From Oceanispirochaeta sp. (GTDB taxonomy: Bacteria; Spirochaetota; Spirochaetia; DSM-2461): a stretch of 64,000 nt of DNA. Location: assembly GCA_963666275.2 (NCBI GenBank), contig CAXXOA010000002.1, forward strand, positions 192,001 through 256,000. Direction: 5' to 3'. The notes below the pieces were generated by a model. The model worked only from the letters and a program-made list of their open reading frames with translations, did no database searches and was not told the origin of the DNA. Shown here piece after piece: positions 49,935 through 60,745 of the stretch. Made by a program: the position numbers and the translations under genes. Each line of letters begins with the position of its first letter. Position 1 is the stretch's first letter.

Positions 49935-49991
49935 TTTCTTCGTATAAAATCAATAATAACCGACAATTAAAAGAATGAAAAGGAATTATTT

Positions 49992-50465
49992 ATGGGAGAA
50001 GGTAAACTTCAGAAATTTGTATTCACACTGTTAATGTGTTTTTTTATGGTCCTTGGAATGACCATGTATAACATTATCCTCCATGCGGGATGGTCCAATC
50101 AGGTCTTTCTTATTCTGGTCAAAGAGTTCTGGCTTGTATTCATCATAGCTCTGTTTCTGGACACTCTGATAATCGGACCGCTGGGTAAAAAACTGGCTTT
50201 CACAATCATCCCTCCGGGGCAGGAGAAGCACATCATTTTCCGGATTCTGTCCATTGCTCTGCCCATGGTAACAGGAATGGTACTGTGCATGTCTATTTTC
50301 GGAGCGGTCACACAGCACGGTTTCACACATCATGCGGTGCGGGCCTATCCCGGTGTTGTGGGAAGAAACTTTATCATGGCTCTGCCCCTGAATCTTCTGA
50401 TTGTCGCCCCCCTGGCAAGAGCTCTGTTTCCTCTTATTTTTCCTCAGAGGAAGGCGATGGCATAG
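49992..50465 (+). CDS. DUF2798-like membrane protein
   Basis: FVFTLLMCFFMVLGMT...NFIMALPLNLLIVAPLAR; 4 TM. Confidence 0.75.
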   Translation: MGEGKLQKFVFTLLMCFFMVLGMTMYNIILHAGWSNQVFLILVKEFWLVFIIALFLDTLIIGPLGKKLAFTIIPPGQEKHIIFRILSIALPMVTGMVLCMSIFGAVTQHGFTHHAVRAYPGVVGRNFIMALPLNLLIVAPLARALFPLIFPQRKAMA

Positions 50466-50560
50466 CCGTCTGATTCCTGGAGTGAATTGTCTGGACACAT
50501 CCCGACAGGGTGTGTCCATTATTCCAGATCACGTTCACTTTCTCTGTATACAGTGAGAGC

Positions 50561-50779
50561 TCAGACCTTTGCCAGTATTGCAGTAGCTTTCGCGGCTTCA
50601 TTGGGATAAAGATCTCCCGGGACAGCAGATTTTCCCATACTGATAAAAATTCTATGGCGGGCACAGGAGTCAAAATCCCCCTGACAGTACTGCTTTTTGT
50701 AGATTTTCGCCATGGTCGGCATTTTATCCATTTTGTCATTGAAAAAAGGGCATCCCTCCAGACATTCACAATTAGCCAT
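50561..50779 (-). CDS. Small Cys-rich hypothetical protein
   Basis: GGAGG/GAGG RBS; CECLEGCPFF...YCQGDFDSCAR...PGDLYPN. Confidence 0.75.
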   Translation of the reverse strand: MANCECLEGCPFFNDKMDKMPTMAKIYKKQYCQGDFDSCARHRIFISMGKSAVPGDLYPNEAAKATAILAKV

Positions 50780-50947
50780 TCCTCGTCCTCCTGAAGTTAT
50801 ATTCTACAGAACCGAAAACAGTAGTTCTTCAAAAAAGTGTAAAACCTTTAATGGGAATATGCCAATTAATCCTGTTTTTTTTCCTTTTCCTCCTCCTTTT
50901 GCAGAGAGTCAGGTTTATGATATGGTACCCACAACAAGGATAATCAT

Positions 50948-51643
50948 ATGAACCGTGACATAAAACTGGAAAAGAGCTGGCTCCTGACGATGGGAGACGA
51001 GTTTGATAAACCCTATATGGCGGACCTGCGCCAGTTCCTTCTGACAGAAAAGCAGCAGGGGAAAACCATCTATCCGCCGGGCAGTCAGATTTTCTATGCC
51101 CTGGACAGAACGCCCTTCGAAAAAGTTAAAGTTGTCATCCTCGGCCAGGACCCCTACCACGGCCCGGGGCAGGCTCACGGTTTGTGTTTCTCCGTCCAGC
51201 CCGGTGTAGCGCCTCCCCCGTCTCTGATCAATATCTACAAAGAGATGGAAAGTGATCTTGCCCTGACTCCTCCCGGTCACGGCTGCCTGTCCAGCTGGGC
51301 TGATCAGGGCGTTTTGCTGCTGAACTCTGTTCTGACTGTAGAAGCTCATATGGCGGCCTCCCATCAGAGCCGGGGCTGGGAGCAGTTTACCGACAGAATC
51401 ATCCGGGAGCTGGAATCCCGGAGAGAGCACCTTGTTTTTATACTCTGGGGCGGGTATGCCAGAAAGAAAGGAAGCTTCATTGACAGAACCAGGCACCTGG
51501 TCATTGAATCGGCCCATCCGTCTCCCCTGTCCGCCTACAGAGGCTTTCTGGGCAGCCGTCCCTTCAGCCGGGCCAATGAGTACCTGAAAGAAACCGGTCA
51601 GACTCCGGTTCAGTGGGAGCTGCCGGCAGAGGCCGTGCTTTAG
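50948..51643 (+). CDS. ung: Uracil-DNA glycosylase
   Basis: GQDPYH, GVLLLN, HPSPLS motifs. Confidence 0.97.
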   Translation: MNRDIKLEKSWLLTMGDEFDKPYMADLRQFLLTEKQQGKTIYPPGSQIFYALDRTPFEKVKVVILGQDPYHGPGQAHGLCFSVQPGVAPPPSLINIYKEMESDLALTPPGHGCLSSWADQGVLLLNSVLTVEAHMAASHQSRGWEQFTDRIIRELESRREHLVFILWGGYARKKGSFIDRTRHLVIESAHPSPLSAYRGFLGSRPFSRANEYLKETGQTPVQWELPAEAVL

Positions 51644-52380
51644 TCTTCATAAAAGATCTGAAAAAACTCTCCCCTGTCATCCACAGCAACTGCAAACCCC
51701 AGATTCTGCAGGGGATCAAAAAAGTGATGGTCCCCTTCTGTCAGGGAGAAAGCCGCCCTGCCGGAAGAACTCTGTTCCAGTGGCTCCAGAAACAGGGACC
51801 GGCTGAACCAGAGCCCCTGAGGAAGGGGAATCTCCAGATCAAAACGGTGCTTTTCTCTCAGATACCAGCTTTTCATCTCATTTCCGGCGAGCCGCCGTTC
51901 AAGAAGCGCCCAATCCATCTGCCAGGGATCTCTCACCTCCTTCTCCTTTATCTCGCTGAGGAAACGGCGGGAATTGAATGAGGACAGGTCCATCCCTCCC
52001 TGTAAAGCCCGTATAAGGAATTCCGCTCCCGCCCCGTCCTTCCAGGAGAGCTCTATCACAGGATCCTCTCCCGGCACGAACAGCCCCCCGGCCGGATAGG
52101 GGCTGAAGTGTTCAGAAATTCCCGAGGGGATCAGCAGACAGACCACCGGAGTCTCTTTATATACCTCGATCTCACAGGAGGCAGACTCTCCGAAGTGAAC
52201 AGCCCGGCTCTCCGGGGTAGCGCCGGACTCACACCACTGCAGCGTCCAGTCCCGCTGTTCCGGCGAAAGAGGAAAATCTGTGACTGAGGGGGGAAATTCG
52301 ACTGTCAAAGACTCTGTTTCGCCGAAGCGGCAGGAGAGAATGAGCAGGATAACGGCAGTTAAGAGGAAAGGGAGCTTCAT
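51640..52380 (-). CDS. Putative lipoprotein
   Basis: ILSC lipobox-like signal peptide. Confidence 0.7.
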   Translation of the reverse strand: MKLPFLLTAVILLILSCRFGETESLTVEFPPSVTDFPLSPEQRDWTLQWCESGATPESRAVHFGESASCEIEVYKETPVVCLLIPSGISEHFSPYPAGGLFVPGEDPVIELSWKDGAGAEFLIRALQGGMDLSSFNSRRFLSEIKEKEVRDPWQMDWALLERRLAGNEMKSWYLREKHRFDLEIPLPQGLWFSRSLFLEPLEQSSSGRAAFSLTEGDHHFFDPLQNLGFAVAVDDRGEFFQIFYED

Positions 52381-52412
52381 ACTCCTTCAACAGAAGAAAA
52401 AACTGAAATGCT

Positions 52413-52949
52413 TCAGCTTTCTGAAGATTTCCGCTGCTTTTTATAGATGTCGCGAATCTGAATCAGGATATCCCGGTTTTCTCTGCTTCTGAAATCCGGA
52501 TAGGTCCACTCAAGAGGCAGAAAATCCCTGTTTTTAAACTGCAGAGTCAGCTCACCGTAAATGCCCCTGTTCATGGGGATCCTATGGGCATTGTTTTTTG
52601 TGGTTGCCAGGATGAATTTACTCAGGGAGAGGATTCCCGGATCGAGATTGACCTTTCTCAGCCCGGCCTCATCAGCAAATTCTTTTTCAATTGCGTTGGT
52701 TTGAAGTTTCACCTCAGTCAGATCCTCAGGGTGAATCAGACGGGAAAAAGAGTAGAAACAGCGGTAAATGGGCGTACCCATCTCAGAGTTGTAGTAATCG
52801 GTATAATCAAAGAGAGCCGGCTCTGTCTCAAGATCCATTTCACCCCAGCGGCTGACCAGAATCTTTTTCAGCCTATCCAGTGATTCCGGAATCGAAACAA
52901 GGACCCCCATAACCAGCTTTTCCTGCTCAAAATTCTCCGCAATTCCCAT
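52413..52949 (-). CDS. DUF4416-like protein
   Basis: FDYTDYYNSEMG, RKVNLDPG, LATTKNNAHRI, WTYPDF motifs. Confidence 0.8.
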   Translation of the reverse strand: MGIAENFEQEKLVMGVLVSIPESLDRLKKILVSRWGEMDLETEPALFDYTDYYNSEMGTPIYRCFYSFSRLIHPEDLTEVKLQTNAIEKEFADEAGLRKVNLDPGILSLSKFILATTKNNAHRIPMNRGIYGELTLQFKNRDFLPLEWTYPDFRSRENRDILIQIRDIYKKQRKSSES

Positions 52950-53022
52950 ATATCAGCCTTTTACCAACAATTCATTTTTTCTGTGCTTGTTACTTTACCT
53001 TTATTCTATAATAATAACCAGT

Positions 53023-54444
53023 ATGAGTCAGAATGAAATGTTTCAGGCACGGCTGGACGAAGCCTTAACAAAAAGAGCAATGGTTATGGCCAGGCAGGAC
53101 ATCCCCCAGCTGAAAGACGCATGTAGAACCTACCAGGCGGCTTTTGATGGAATTTTTAAAGTACTTCTGGAAAAGGGGATCCTTCAGGAGGATCAGTACA
53201 ACTATGAACAGAAAATCTCAGACCTGACTCCGCCGCCATCCGACTCATTCTCCGAGTCTGATATGTTCAATCAGATGAACAGCAGGCTCAGCGCCTATCT
53301 GGCACAGCTGGATTTTCTGAACAATTTTTTCTTTATGAGTCCCGATACTCTGGACCTGAGAGCCATAAAGAATGTGCTGGGCCTGATAGACTATATCCAC
53401 TGGGCCGATCTGTCTGTCACTGCGGGACACCTTATGACAAGAAGTACAGCCCTCTATCTGGAGAAACTGAAAAAGAGCGCCGACAGCATGGCCATGAATA
53501 TTATGATGAACTCCGTAAAAGTTCTCCAGGAGCAGAATAAGGCAATCAAGAAAATCCTGAAAGGGATCTCCACCTATGCCAAGGAAAACTACAAACTCAC
53601 TGTAAGAGTCAATATACTCTCCCATATGACCCTGGACCCCAAGAGGATCCATACGGACAGGAGCGGAACCCTTCAGGCTATAAAATTTGAATTCCCGGTC
53701 AGATGGGAGGGATCCCCTTTCTTCAAACAGCTGATAGACGAAATCCTTGAAGAAGATTACAGCAGCCAGGGAGAAAATCTTCAGGCACAGATTCTGAAAA
53801 ATCTGGAAGTTTCTGAAAAGATCGTTAAAAAGAAGAAGAAAAATCTCATGGAGGATCTCAAAAAAGATCTGATGGAGGTCATACAGGAGATGGCAAAGGC
53901 CTATATGCCTCTGGAAACGATCATAACCAGAATGGATGCCAACAGCCGTCTGCTGGATGAAAATCCTTCCTCTTTCTCAGAGAAATTTTCCCGCTGGTTC
54001 AAGCGGGTCATGCTCAGAAAGCTTGAAGTCTACTATGACATCAAAGACTCCAAGGCAGAGAAAGGCAATAAAAAGGAACACCTCAATTTCACAAGCTATA
54101 TAAACTGGCTGAGAATGAAGGCGTCCTTCTACAAATCTCTCAACAACCCCAAAAGCCAGAGCTATACAAGAGCAAAGGAATCCTCCTGTGATGATCTGGA
54201 GGAATTCCTCGCCAAGAATCAGCAGGAGCTGAAAAGAATCCATTCCAAGTTAACTGTTCTGGAAATGTATTTTAAAGAAAGTGCGGAAGGACCTGTAAAA
54301 AATCAGATTAAAGGCTTTAAAGCGGAACTGACTCAGCTGAAGGGAATAGTAGGAAAAGTCATTACAGGCCTGAAAGAGTATCAGGCCCGTAAAGAAGAGA
54401 TGGATCAGCTCAGAAACCTGGGCATTGACCCGGACTCCAACTAG
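53023..54444 (+). CDS. Hypothetical alpha-helical protein
   Basis: Long ORF; ATG 53023 preferred over the track's TTG 52987. Confidence 0.8.
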   Translation: MSQNEMFQARLDEALTKRAMVMARQDIPQLKDACRTYQAAFDGIFKVLLEKGILQEDQYNYEQKISDLTPPPSDSFSESDMFNQMNSRLSAYLAQLDFLNNFFFMSPDTLDLRAIKNVLGLIDYIHWADLSVTAGHLMTRSTALYLEKLKKSADSMAMNIMMNSVKVLQEQNKAIKKILKGISTYAKENYKLTVRVNILSHMTLDPKRIHTDRSGTLQAIKFEFPVRWEGSPFFKQLIDEILEEDYSSQGENLQAQILKNLEVSEKIVKKKKKNLMEDLKKDLMEVIQEMAKAYMPLETIITRMDANSRLLDENPSSFSEKFSRWFKRVMLRKLEVYYDIKDSKAEKGNKKEHLNFTSYINWLRMKASFYKSLNNPKSQSYTRAKESSCDDLEEFLAKNQQELKRIHSKLTVLEMYFKESAEGPVKNQIKGFKAELTQLKGIVGKVITGLKEYQARKEEMDQLRNLGIDPDSN

Positions 54445-54445
54445 T

Positions 54446-56350
54446 TCAGTCTGCCCTGTACATCCCCATAATCCGGAAATCCTCAGTCAGCTTATGTATC
54501 TCCTGAACAGCTTTTTCAAAGCGGCTCTTATCTTCAGGCATATCAAGGTCCACATAAAACATATAGGACCAGGGTTTGCCGTGAATGGGCCGGGATTCCA
54601 GTTTTGTCATATTCAGCCTGTTGCTGGCAAAAACAGAGAGACAGCGGGAGAGAGCCCCGGCTTCATCTGAAGTGGAGAACACCAGGGAGACTTTATCACA
54701 CTCTTCCGGAGAGGGAGCCATCTCCTCCCGGGCAATGATGGCAAAGCGGGTGTAGTTATGCGGATTGGTTTCCAGCCCCTGAGCCAGAATTTCCAGGCCG
54801 TAAGTCCTGGCGGCATCGACACCGGCAATGGCTGCGATCTCCGGATCATTACTATCAGCCACGTAGCTGGCTGCACCGGCGGTGTCATAATAGCTGACAG
54901 GTTCATAACCGTTTTTATTCAGATATTCCGCACACTGAGAGAGTGCCTGAGGATGAGAATACACTTTTTTTACGCTGTCCAGAGTGGAACCTTTCTTTCC
55001 CAGCAGATTATGCCTGACACGGATTTTTACCTCTCCGATGATCCTGAGATCCGGATAGAGATAGAGAAGATCGTAGTTTTCCAGGATGGAACCGGCGACA
55101 GAGTTTTCCAGAGGAACAACTCCCCAGTCCGCTTTTCCTGTCAGTACATTCTTAAAGATATCCTGAAACTTGGGAACCGGAACCGCTTCGACTTCCGATC
55201 CCTGAAAGTAGGTTCTTGCAGCCAGCTCACTGTAGGCTCCGGGAAGCCCCTGGAAAGCGGCAAAGGAGCGGCCCTCTTTCCGGGAAGTCTTACTGTCCGT
55301 CCGCGAGGCGATCGTCAGATGCCGGGGATCGGGAATATGGGTCATCTCCTTGCCCACCACCGGAGACAGAGCTTCGATATCGCACATCAGTTTCTCAAAC
55401 TGCTCCGGGTAGAGAGACTGAGGACCGTCGGAAGAAGCTTTTTCAGGATTGGGGTGTACTTCAATGATAAGACCGTTTGCCCCGGCAGCCACTCCGGCCA
55501 GAGCCATGGGAAGAACCTTGTCTCTCAGACCGGTTCCATGGGAGGGATCCACAATAACAGGAAGATGACTGAGCTTCTGGACAACCGGGATAGCCGAAAG
55601 ATCCAGAGTATTCCTTGTCATATTTTCAAAAGTCCTGATTCCTCTTTCACAGAGAATGACTTTATCTGTTCCCGATGAAAGCAGGTATTCCGCAGCCATC
55701 AGCCATTCCTGGATAGTGGCGGATAATCCCCTTTTCAGAATAACAGGCATATCAAGGGAACCGACCTTTTTCAGAAGCTCGAAATTCTGCATATTCCGTG
55801 CGCCTATCTGGAAGACATCAATATAGTCTTTCATCATATCCGCATCAGATGGGGAGACAATCTCCGTGACAATAGGAAGACCGGTTTTCTCTCCCGCTTC
55901 CTTCATATACCGGAGACCTTCTTCTCCCAGGCCCTGAAAGGCATAGGGTGAGGTTCGCGGCTTGAACGCCCCGCCGCGAAGCATGACCGCACCGGCTTTC
56001 TGCACGGCGATGGCCGATTCCATAATCTGTTCTCTTGATTCAATCGCACAGGGGCCGGCAATAACGCAGAGCCGGGGCCCTCCGATTTTTACAGGACCCA
56101 CATTAAATACGGTGTCATCTTTTTTTAGTTCCCGGGAAGCCAGTTTATATGGCTGGGAAATCGGGATAACCTGAGCAACCCCCGGAAGAAGCTCCACCTG
56201 CCGCATGTCCAGCGGGATGCTGCCGACAGCACCCAGGACAGTCTCTTTTTCACCCACAATCTCCCGGATCGTCATCCCTTTGGATTGGAGATACTCTACA
56301 ATGTGCTCCTTCTCGGAGTCTTTGACCGTATTATGAAGTACAATTATCAT
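54446..56350 (-). CDS. aroF: Fused DAHP synthase (type I-beta) - prephenate dehydratase
   Basis: [33 protein letters not shown]; then [33 protein letters not shown]. Confidence 0.9.
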   Translation of the reverse strand: MIIVLHNTVKDSEKEHIVEYLQSKGMTIREIVGEKETVLGAVGSIPLDMRQVELLPGVAQVIPISQPYKLASRELKKDDTVFNVGPVKIGGPRLCVIAGPCAIESREQIMESAIAVQKAGAVMLRGGAFKPRTSPYAFQGLGEEGLRYMKEAGEKTGLPIVTEIVSPSDADMMKDYIDVFQIGARNMQNFELLKKVGSLDMPVILKRGLSATIQEWLMAAEYLLSSGTDKVILCERGIRTFENMTRNTLDLSAIPVVQKLSHLPVIVDPSHGTGLRDKVLPMALAGVAAGANGLIIEVHPNPEKASSDGPQSLYPEQFEKLMCDIEALSPVVGKEMTHIPDPRHLTIASRTDSKTSRKEGRSFAAFQGLPGAYSELAARTYFQGSEVEAVPVPKFQDIFKNVLTGKADWGVVPLENSVAGSILENYDLLYLYPDLRIIGEVKIRVRHNLLGKKGSTLDSVKKVYSHPQALSQCAEYLNKNGYEPVSYYDTAGAASYVADSNDPEIAAIAGVDAARTYGLEILAQGLETNPHNYTRFAIIAREEMAPSPEECDKVSLVFSTSDEAGALSRCLSVFASNRLNMTKLESRPIHGKPWSYMFYVDLDMPEDKSRFEKAVQEIHKLTEDFRIMGMYRAD

Positions 56351-56359
56351 GGAGAAATC

Positions 56360-57043
56360 TTAATTGATTTCTCCTGATTGTTCCATAAGCAGGGTTACAT
56401 TCTTCCTGCTTTTCATTGCGGGGAATTTTACATCTGCCGGTACAATCTCTTCGGGGATCTCTCCCGAGGCGAACCGCTCCCTATAGGTGAGCACTTTATC
56501 GATATACTGAAGAGTCATCATAGGGGTCCGGCTGGATTTCACCCTGTTGGGACCGGCATTGTACATGGCTAAAGCGGTAACCTCATTGACCCCCGTATCC
56601 AGGCAGTATCTCAGGTAGGAGACGCCCAGAGGAACATTCAATTCCGGATCAAAAAAATCCTCTTCCGATAAATCGGGAAACGAGCGGGAGTTCAGCTGAA
56701 AGACACCCCTGTCAGTAGAACTTCTGTTTTCATTCACTGCGTTCGGATCAAAACGGCTTTCCGTGAAGGCCAGTGCAAAAGCCAGGGCGGGATCAATCCC
56801 GTTTCGTTCAGATTCCTGTATAATCAGTGCGGCGAGATCTCTGTCGCCTGTAATAACTGTGTAGTAATTCAGAAGATTCCCTTCCGAACCGGAAGGACCT
56901 CTGTATACAATCTCCTGCAGAAGAGATTCATAGGTATCCCGTTCTTCCAGTTCCATAGCTGCCCCCGGTATAGAAGGCTGAGCCAGGCATCCTGAAAAAA
57001 GGATACCGATACAGCTTAAAGCTGTAATGCGTAAAGTTTTCAT
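56360..57043 (-). CDS. Lytic transglycosylase (SLT domain) lipoprotein
   Basis: ESRF, GVFQL, AMYNAG motifs; FSGC lipobox-like motif; start uncertain. Confidence 0.88.
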   Translation of the reverse strand: MKTLRITALSCIGILFSGCLAQPSIPGAAMELEERDTYESLLQEIVYRGPSGSEGNLLNYYTVITGDRDLAALIIQESERNGIDPALAFALAFTESRFDPNAVNENRSSTDRGVFQLNSRSFPDLSEEDFFDPELNVPLGVSYLRYCLDTGVNEVTALAMYNAGPNRVKSSRTPMMTLQYIDKVLTYRERFASGEIPEEIVPADVKFPAMKSRKNVTLLMEQSGEIN

Positions 57044-57186
57044 TTCCATCCCAACAAATATTTTTATATCCCGCAGATTCTTTCTGAAATAGCTGCTGTT
57101 GCTCAAGAGAGAAAAATGCCGATTCGGGAATTTTTTTGTTAAAAACGCTGTATATCCTTTCTATAGAGTGCTATTAATGGAGAGGG

Positions 57187-58140
57187 ATGTCTGAATTAAA
57201 CCGCGGGATATTGAATCCGACACAGGAAATGTCCTCTTTCGGCTTTGGAGGATGGGCTCTGGGGGGAGACTATTGGGGTCCTCAGGAACACAGGGACTCG
57301 GTCAGGGCCATCCATAAAGCGCTGGCTCTGGGTATAAACCATTTTGATACTGCCCCGGTCTACGGAAAAGGCAGGTCCGAGCAGCTCATAGGGCAGCAGC
57401 TCAAAAAAATCCGCAGCCGCTGTCTGATAGCCACCAAAGCCTTTTACACCACTCCGGAAGAAATGATCAAAAGCTTTCACACTAGCCTGAAAAGGCTCCT
57501 TACCGATTATATTGATATTTTCTATATTCACTGGCCCAGGAGCGGCACGGATATGCGCCCCGGCATGGAGGAACTGGAAAATCTCCGCCGTCAGGGCAGA
57601 ATCCGTTCTATCGGTGTGAGCAACTTCTCTCTGGAGCAGATCAGGGAGGTAGAGCAGGCGGGAAAGATAGATTATTTCCAGGGAGGCTACAGCATTCTCT
57701 GGCCTTTCATGAAAGAGACCATTCTGCCATACTGCCGATCCCGGGGGATACGCTTTGTTCCCTACGGCGTCCTGGCCCAGGGAATACTGACCGATCAGGG
57801 AGTGGAAAAGCTCCTTATCAGCCATCCCGGTTTCCGGCATAAAATGCTTCTCTATTCAGAGGGGATCAGAGAAAGGATTGCACCGGAACTGGAAAAACTG
57901 ACAGGAAAGTGCAGAGAAGAGGGCTGGTCAGTGGAAAATGCCGTTTCTTGCTATACATTGAAAGAAACAGAAGCAGCCAGTATCCTCCTGGGATGCAGAA
58001 ACAGAGATCAGGCAGAAAGGAACTTTTCCCTTCCTCCGAAGGAACTTCCCAATTCCATAGTGGAAGAGATCGAGACTCTTAAAATTAGGATTGTCCCCTT
58101 TCTGCCGAAAGCTGACAATATGTTCGGGCATGAAAGTTGA
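57187..58140 (+). CDS. Aldo/keto reductase
   Basis: FDTAPVYGKGRSE, IATK, YIHWP, IGVSNF. Confidence 0.92.
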   Translation: MSELNRGILNPTQEMSSFGFGGWALGGDYWGPQEHRDSVRAIHKALALGINHFDTAPVYGKGRSEQLIGQQLKKIRSRCLIATKAFYTTPEEMIKSFHTSLKRLLTDYIDIFYIHWPRSGTDMRPGMEELENLRRQGRIRSIGVSNFSLEQIREVEQAGKIDYFQGGYSILWPFMKETILPYCRSRGIRFVPYGVLAQGILTDQGVEKLLISHPGFRHKMLLYSEGIRERIAPELEKLTGKCREEGWSVENAVSCYTLKETEAASILLGCRNRDQAERNFSLPPKELPNSIVEEIETLKIRIVPFLPKADNMFGHES

Positions 58141-58215
58141 TGTTCCGGTGGGAACATGAAATAATAGAATAATCCTTTAGTAGAGGAATTGAATTGTTTA
58201 CAGCAGGGGTAAAGG

Positions 58216-58572
58216 ATGATTAAAACGGTACTGTACGCGGAAGACGAATTTACAAACAGAAAAATTGTTGAAATGGTGTGCCGTAAACTGAATATAAACT
58301 GTGTCCTTGCGGAAGACGGACTTCAGGCGCTGGAGATGTTCCGGAAAGAAAAGCCGGACCTGGTTATTCTGGATCAGTATATGCCCGGTTACAACGGCGA
58401 TATTGTAGCGGAAAGAATACGGAAAATGGACGGGACAATCCCTCTGATTGCCATAACAAGTGATGATGAAGCTGTAACCAGACTCGAAACTTCGGGTTTT
58501 AATCGTGTACTGGTTAAGCCGGTGAAGAACAGGGACTACGAATCCCTTCTCAATACTTACCTGGAGACATAA
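58216..58572 (+). CDS. Single-domain response regulator
   Basis: AEDE, DLVILDQYMP, T, KP receiver motifs. Confidence 0.9.
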   Translation: MIKTVLYAEDEFTNRKIVEMVCRKLNINCVLAEDGLQALEMFRKEKPDLVILDQYMPGYNGDIVAERIRKMDGTIPLIAITSDDEAVTRLETSGFNRVLVKPVKNRDYESLLNTYLET

Positions 58573-60120
58573 ATGCACAAACTGACAAGAGCAGCCCTTC
58601 TGCTCATTTTTTTTTCTCTCTCAGCCCTGACAATTTCCGCTGAGGAGAACTCGGTCTTTACAGTCAATTTCTCCCCCTCCCGGATATCTCTCAACCCTCA
58701 TTACGGATTCACAACATCGGAAGCACAGATATACACCGCACTCTATGAAGGACTGGTGACCTACCATCCTGCCACGCTGGCTCCCCAGCCGGGGCTTGCC
58801 GAGAGCTGGGAGATCAGTGAAGACGGAAAAACCTATACTTTTCATCTCCGGGAAGACCTGAAATGGAGCAACGGGGATCCCCTCACGGCAGACCAGATAA
58901 AGCAGTCCTGGCTGAGGCTGCTCTCACCGGAAGTATCCGCCGACTATGCCTCTTTGCTGGATAATATCACCGGCGCCTCCGAATACCGCAAAGGAGAGGC
59001 ACCGGCCGACGGAGTCTCTCTCGAGACCCCTGACAGGGAAACATTCATTGTTCATCTGGACAAAAGCGTCCCCTACTTTCTCAAAATACTCTGTCACTAC
59101 AGCTTCACACCGGTTCACCCCTCGCTTTTAACAAAGCAGAACTGGTGGAATGAAAAAGAGATTCCCGTATCCGGCCCCTATGCCTTTACAGGTGAAACCG
59201 GACATAAAAGCATTATTCTGAAAAAAAATGATCTTTACTGGGACAGAGATTCCGTTCAGATTGATGAACTTCGTCTTCAGTTCAGCGATGATCCGGAAGA
59301 GCTTTTAGAGCAGTTCAGAATGTACGAAGTGGACTGGATTGTCTCCGGATGGAACGGCGCGGATGTGGATCCCCAGAAAATGGAAATCAATCCACTTTTT
59401 GCCACGTCCTACTTCTACTTTAACAACAAACAGGCTCCCTGGGATGATCCCCGGGTCAGAAAGGGACTGGCACTTCTCCTGCCCTGGGAAAAGGTCCGGG
59501 CCCAGGAATTCCTCTCCACATCCCGTCTGATCCCCTCCATACCGGGCTACCCCGAACTGGAAGGGATTCAGGAGTCTTCCATCGATGAAGGTCTCAAACT
59601 GCTGAAGGATGCGGGCTATCCCAATGGAAAAGGGCTGCCGGATATACGGATCAGGATCCCTTACGCCGATGGAGAATCCCTCAAACTGATGAAAAAAACC
59701 TGGGAGGACCTGCTGGAAACCAGCGTGATTCTGGAAGAGGTTCCTTTTCCGGGCTATTTTGAATCCCTCAAAGGAGATGACTACACTCTGGGACAGATTA
59801 CCTGGATAGGCGATTATGCCGACCCCATGACATTCCTTCAGATGTGGGAGGAACACAGCAGCCTGAACGATGCCGGCTTCTACAGCGAAGAGTATAACCG
59901 CCTTCTGAATGAGGCAGACAGTGAAAACCGTCTGGAGAATATGGCGGAAGCGGAACGGATTCTTCTTGAAACCGGACAGGTTCTGCCCATGGGCCACTCA
60001 CCGGCGATCAATCTGCTGGATCTGAGATTTATTGATGGATGGTATCACAATGTTCTGGATATCCATCCCTTCAAATACATCGGTTTTCTCAATGAGTTTG
60101 TGATTCCCGGGACAATCTGA
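58573..60120 (+). CDS. Peptide ABC transporter substrate-binding protein (OppA-like)
   Basis: LYEGLV, LAESWEISEDGKTYTFHLR...WSNGDPLTA, WIGDYADP. Confidence 0.9.
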   Translation: MHKLTRAALLLIFFSLSALTISAEENSVFTVNFSPSRISLNPHYGFTTSEAQIYTALYEGLVTYHPATLAPQPGLAESWEISEDGKTYTFHLREDLKWSNGDPLTADQIKQSWLRLLSPEVSADYASLLDNITGASEYRKGEAPADGVSLETPDRETFIVHLDKSVPYFLKILCHYSFTPVHPSLLTKQNWWNEKEIPVSGPYAFTGETGHKSIILKKNDLYWDRDSVQIDELRLQFSDDPEELLEQFRMYEVDWIVSGWNGADVDPQKMEINPLFATSYFYFNNKQAPWDDPRVRKGLALLLPWEKVRAQEFLSTSRLIPSIPGYPELEGIQESSIDEGLKLLKDAGYPNGKGLPDIRIRIPYADGESLKLMKKTWEDLLETSVILEEVPFPGYFESLKGDDYTLGQITWIGDYADPMTFLQMWEEHSSLNDAGFYSEEYNRLLNEADSENRLENMAEAERILLETGQVLPMGHSPAINLLDLRFIDGWYHNVLDIHPFKYIGFLNEFVIPGTI

Positions 60121-60260
60121 CAGGAAGCGGATGCAGATCAGCATCCGTACATTGAAAACGCTGTCTCCTGACCAGTCTATGCAACAGCTCAGGCAGCGAT
60201 TTTTGGTCCGCAGGCAGCGCAGATTGAAGACGACGTATCCTGACCAAAGATCGCCGCCGG

Positions 60261-60671
60261 TCAGTGGAATTCGAAAACCTGCACCTTCGTCAACGCCACA
60301 TTGACCACCCCCGGAGCATCTTTGAATTTTTCATATCTATGGAGATGGTAATTGACCAACGCCACAATCTCTTCTTTCAGAAGATCCTCATTGGCAGTGG
60401 AGAAATCGGCTGCTTTTTTTGAACTGAAAAGATTCCTCAGGGCATCTACAAGTACCTGATCGAGCTCGGCCAGACTGTATTGGGTCTTTTTATCACCCCA
60501 GTCGTAGGCAAGCTCCACTTTCAGGATAAAGAAGAGAGGTTTCTCATCACTGGTAGTACCGGATATCTCCGGAAGATTTTTATAATAGGAAACTTCTGCC
60601 AGCTCCTTGGAACAGGAGAAAAGGGAGAAGAGAACAAGCAGAACAGGGAATACTATTTTATATCGCAACAT
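60261..60671 (-). CDS. FliL-like lipoprotein
   Basis: LFSC lipobox-like motif; DALRNLFSSKKAADF...LKEEI resembles FliL. Confidence 0.6.
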   Translation of the reverse strand: MLRYKIVFPVLLVLFSLFSCSKELAEVSYYKNLPEISGTTSDEKPLFFILKVELAYDWGDKKTQYSLAELDQVLVDALRNLFSSKKAADFSTANEDLLKEEIVALVNYHLHRYEKFKDAPGVVNVALTKVQVFEFH

Positions 60672-60745
60672 ACCATAAATGTCGGCATAAAAAGCCGGCG
60701 ATTCAAGCTCTTGTCAAAAAGGGTAAATACGATTTAATCTAACAC

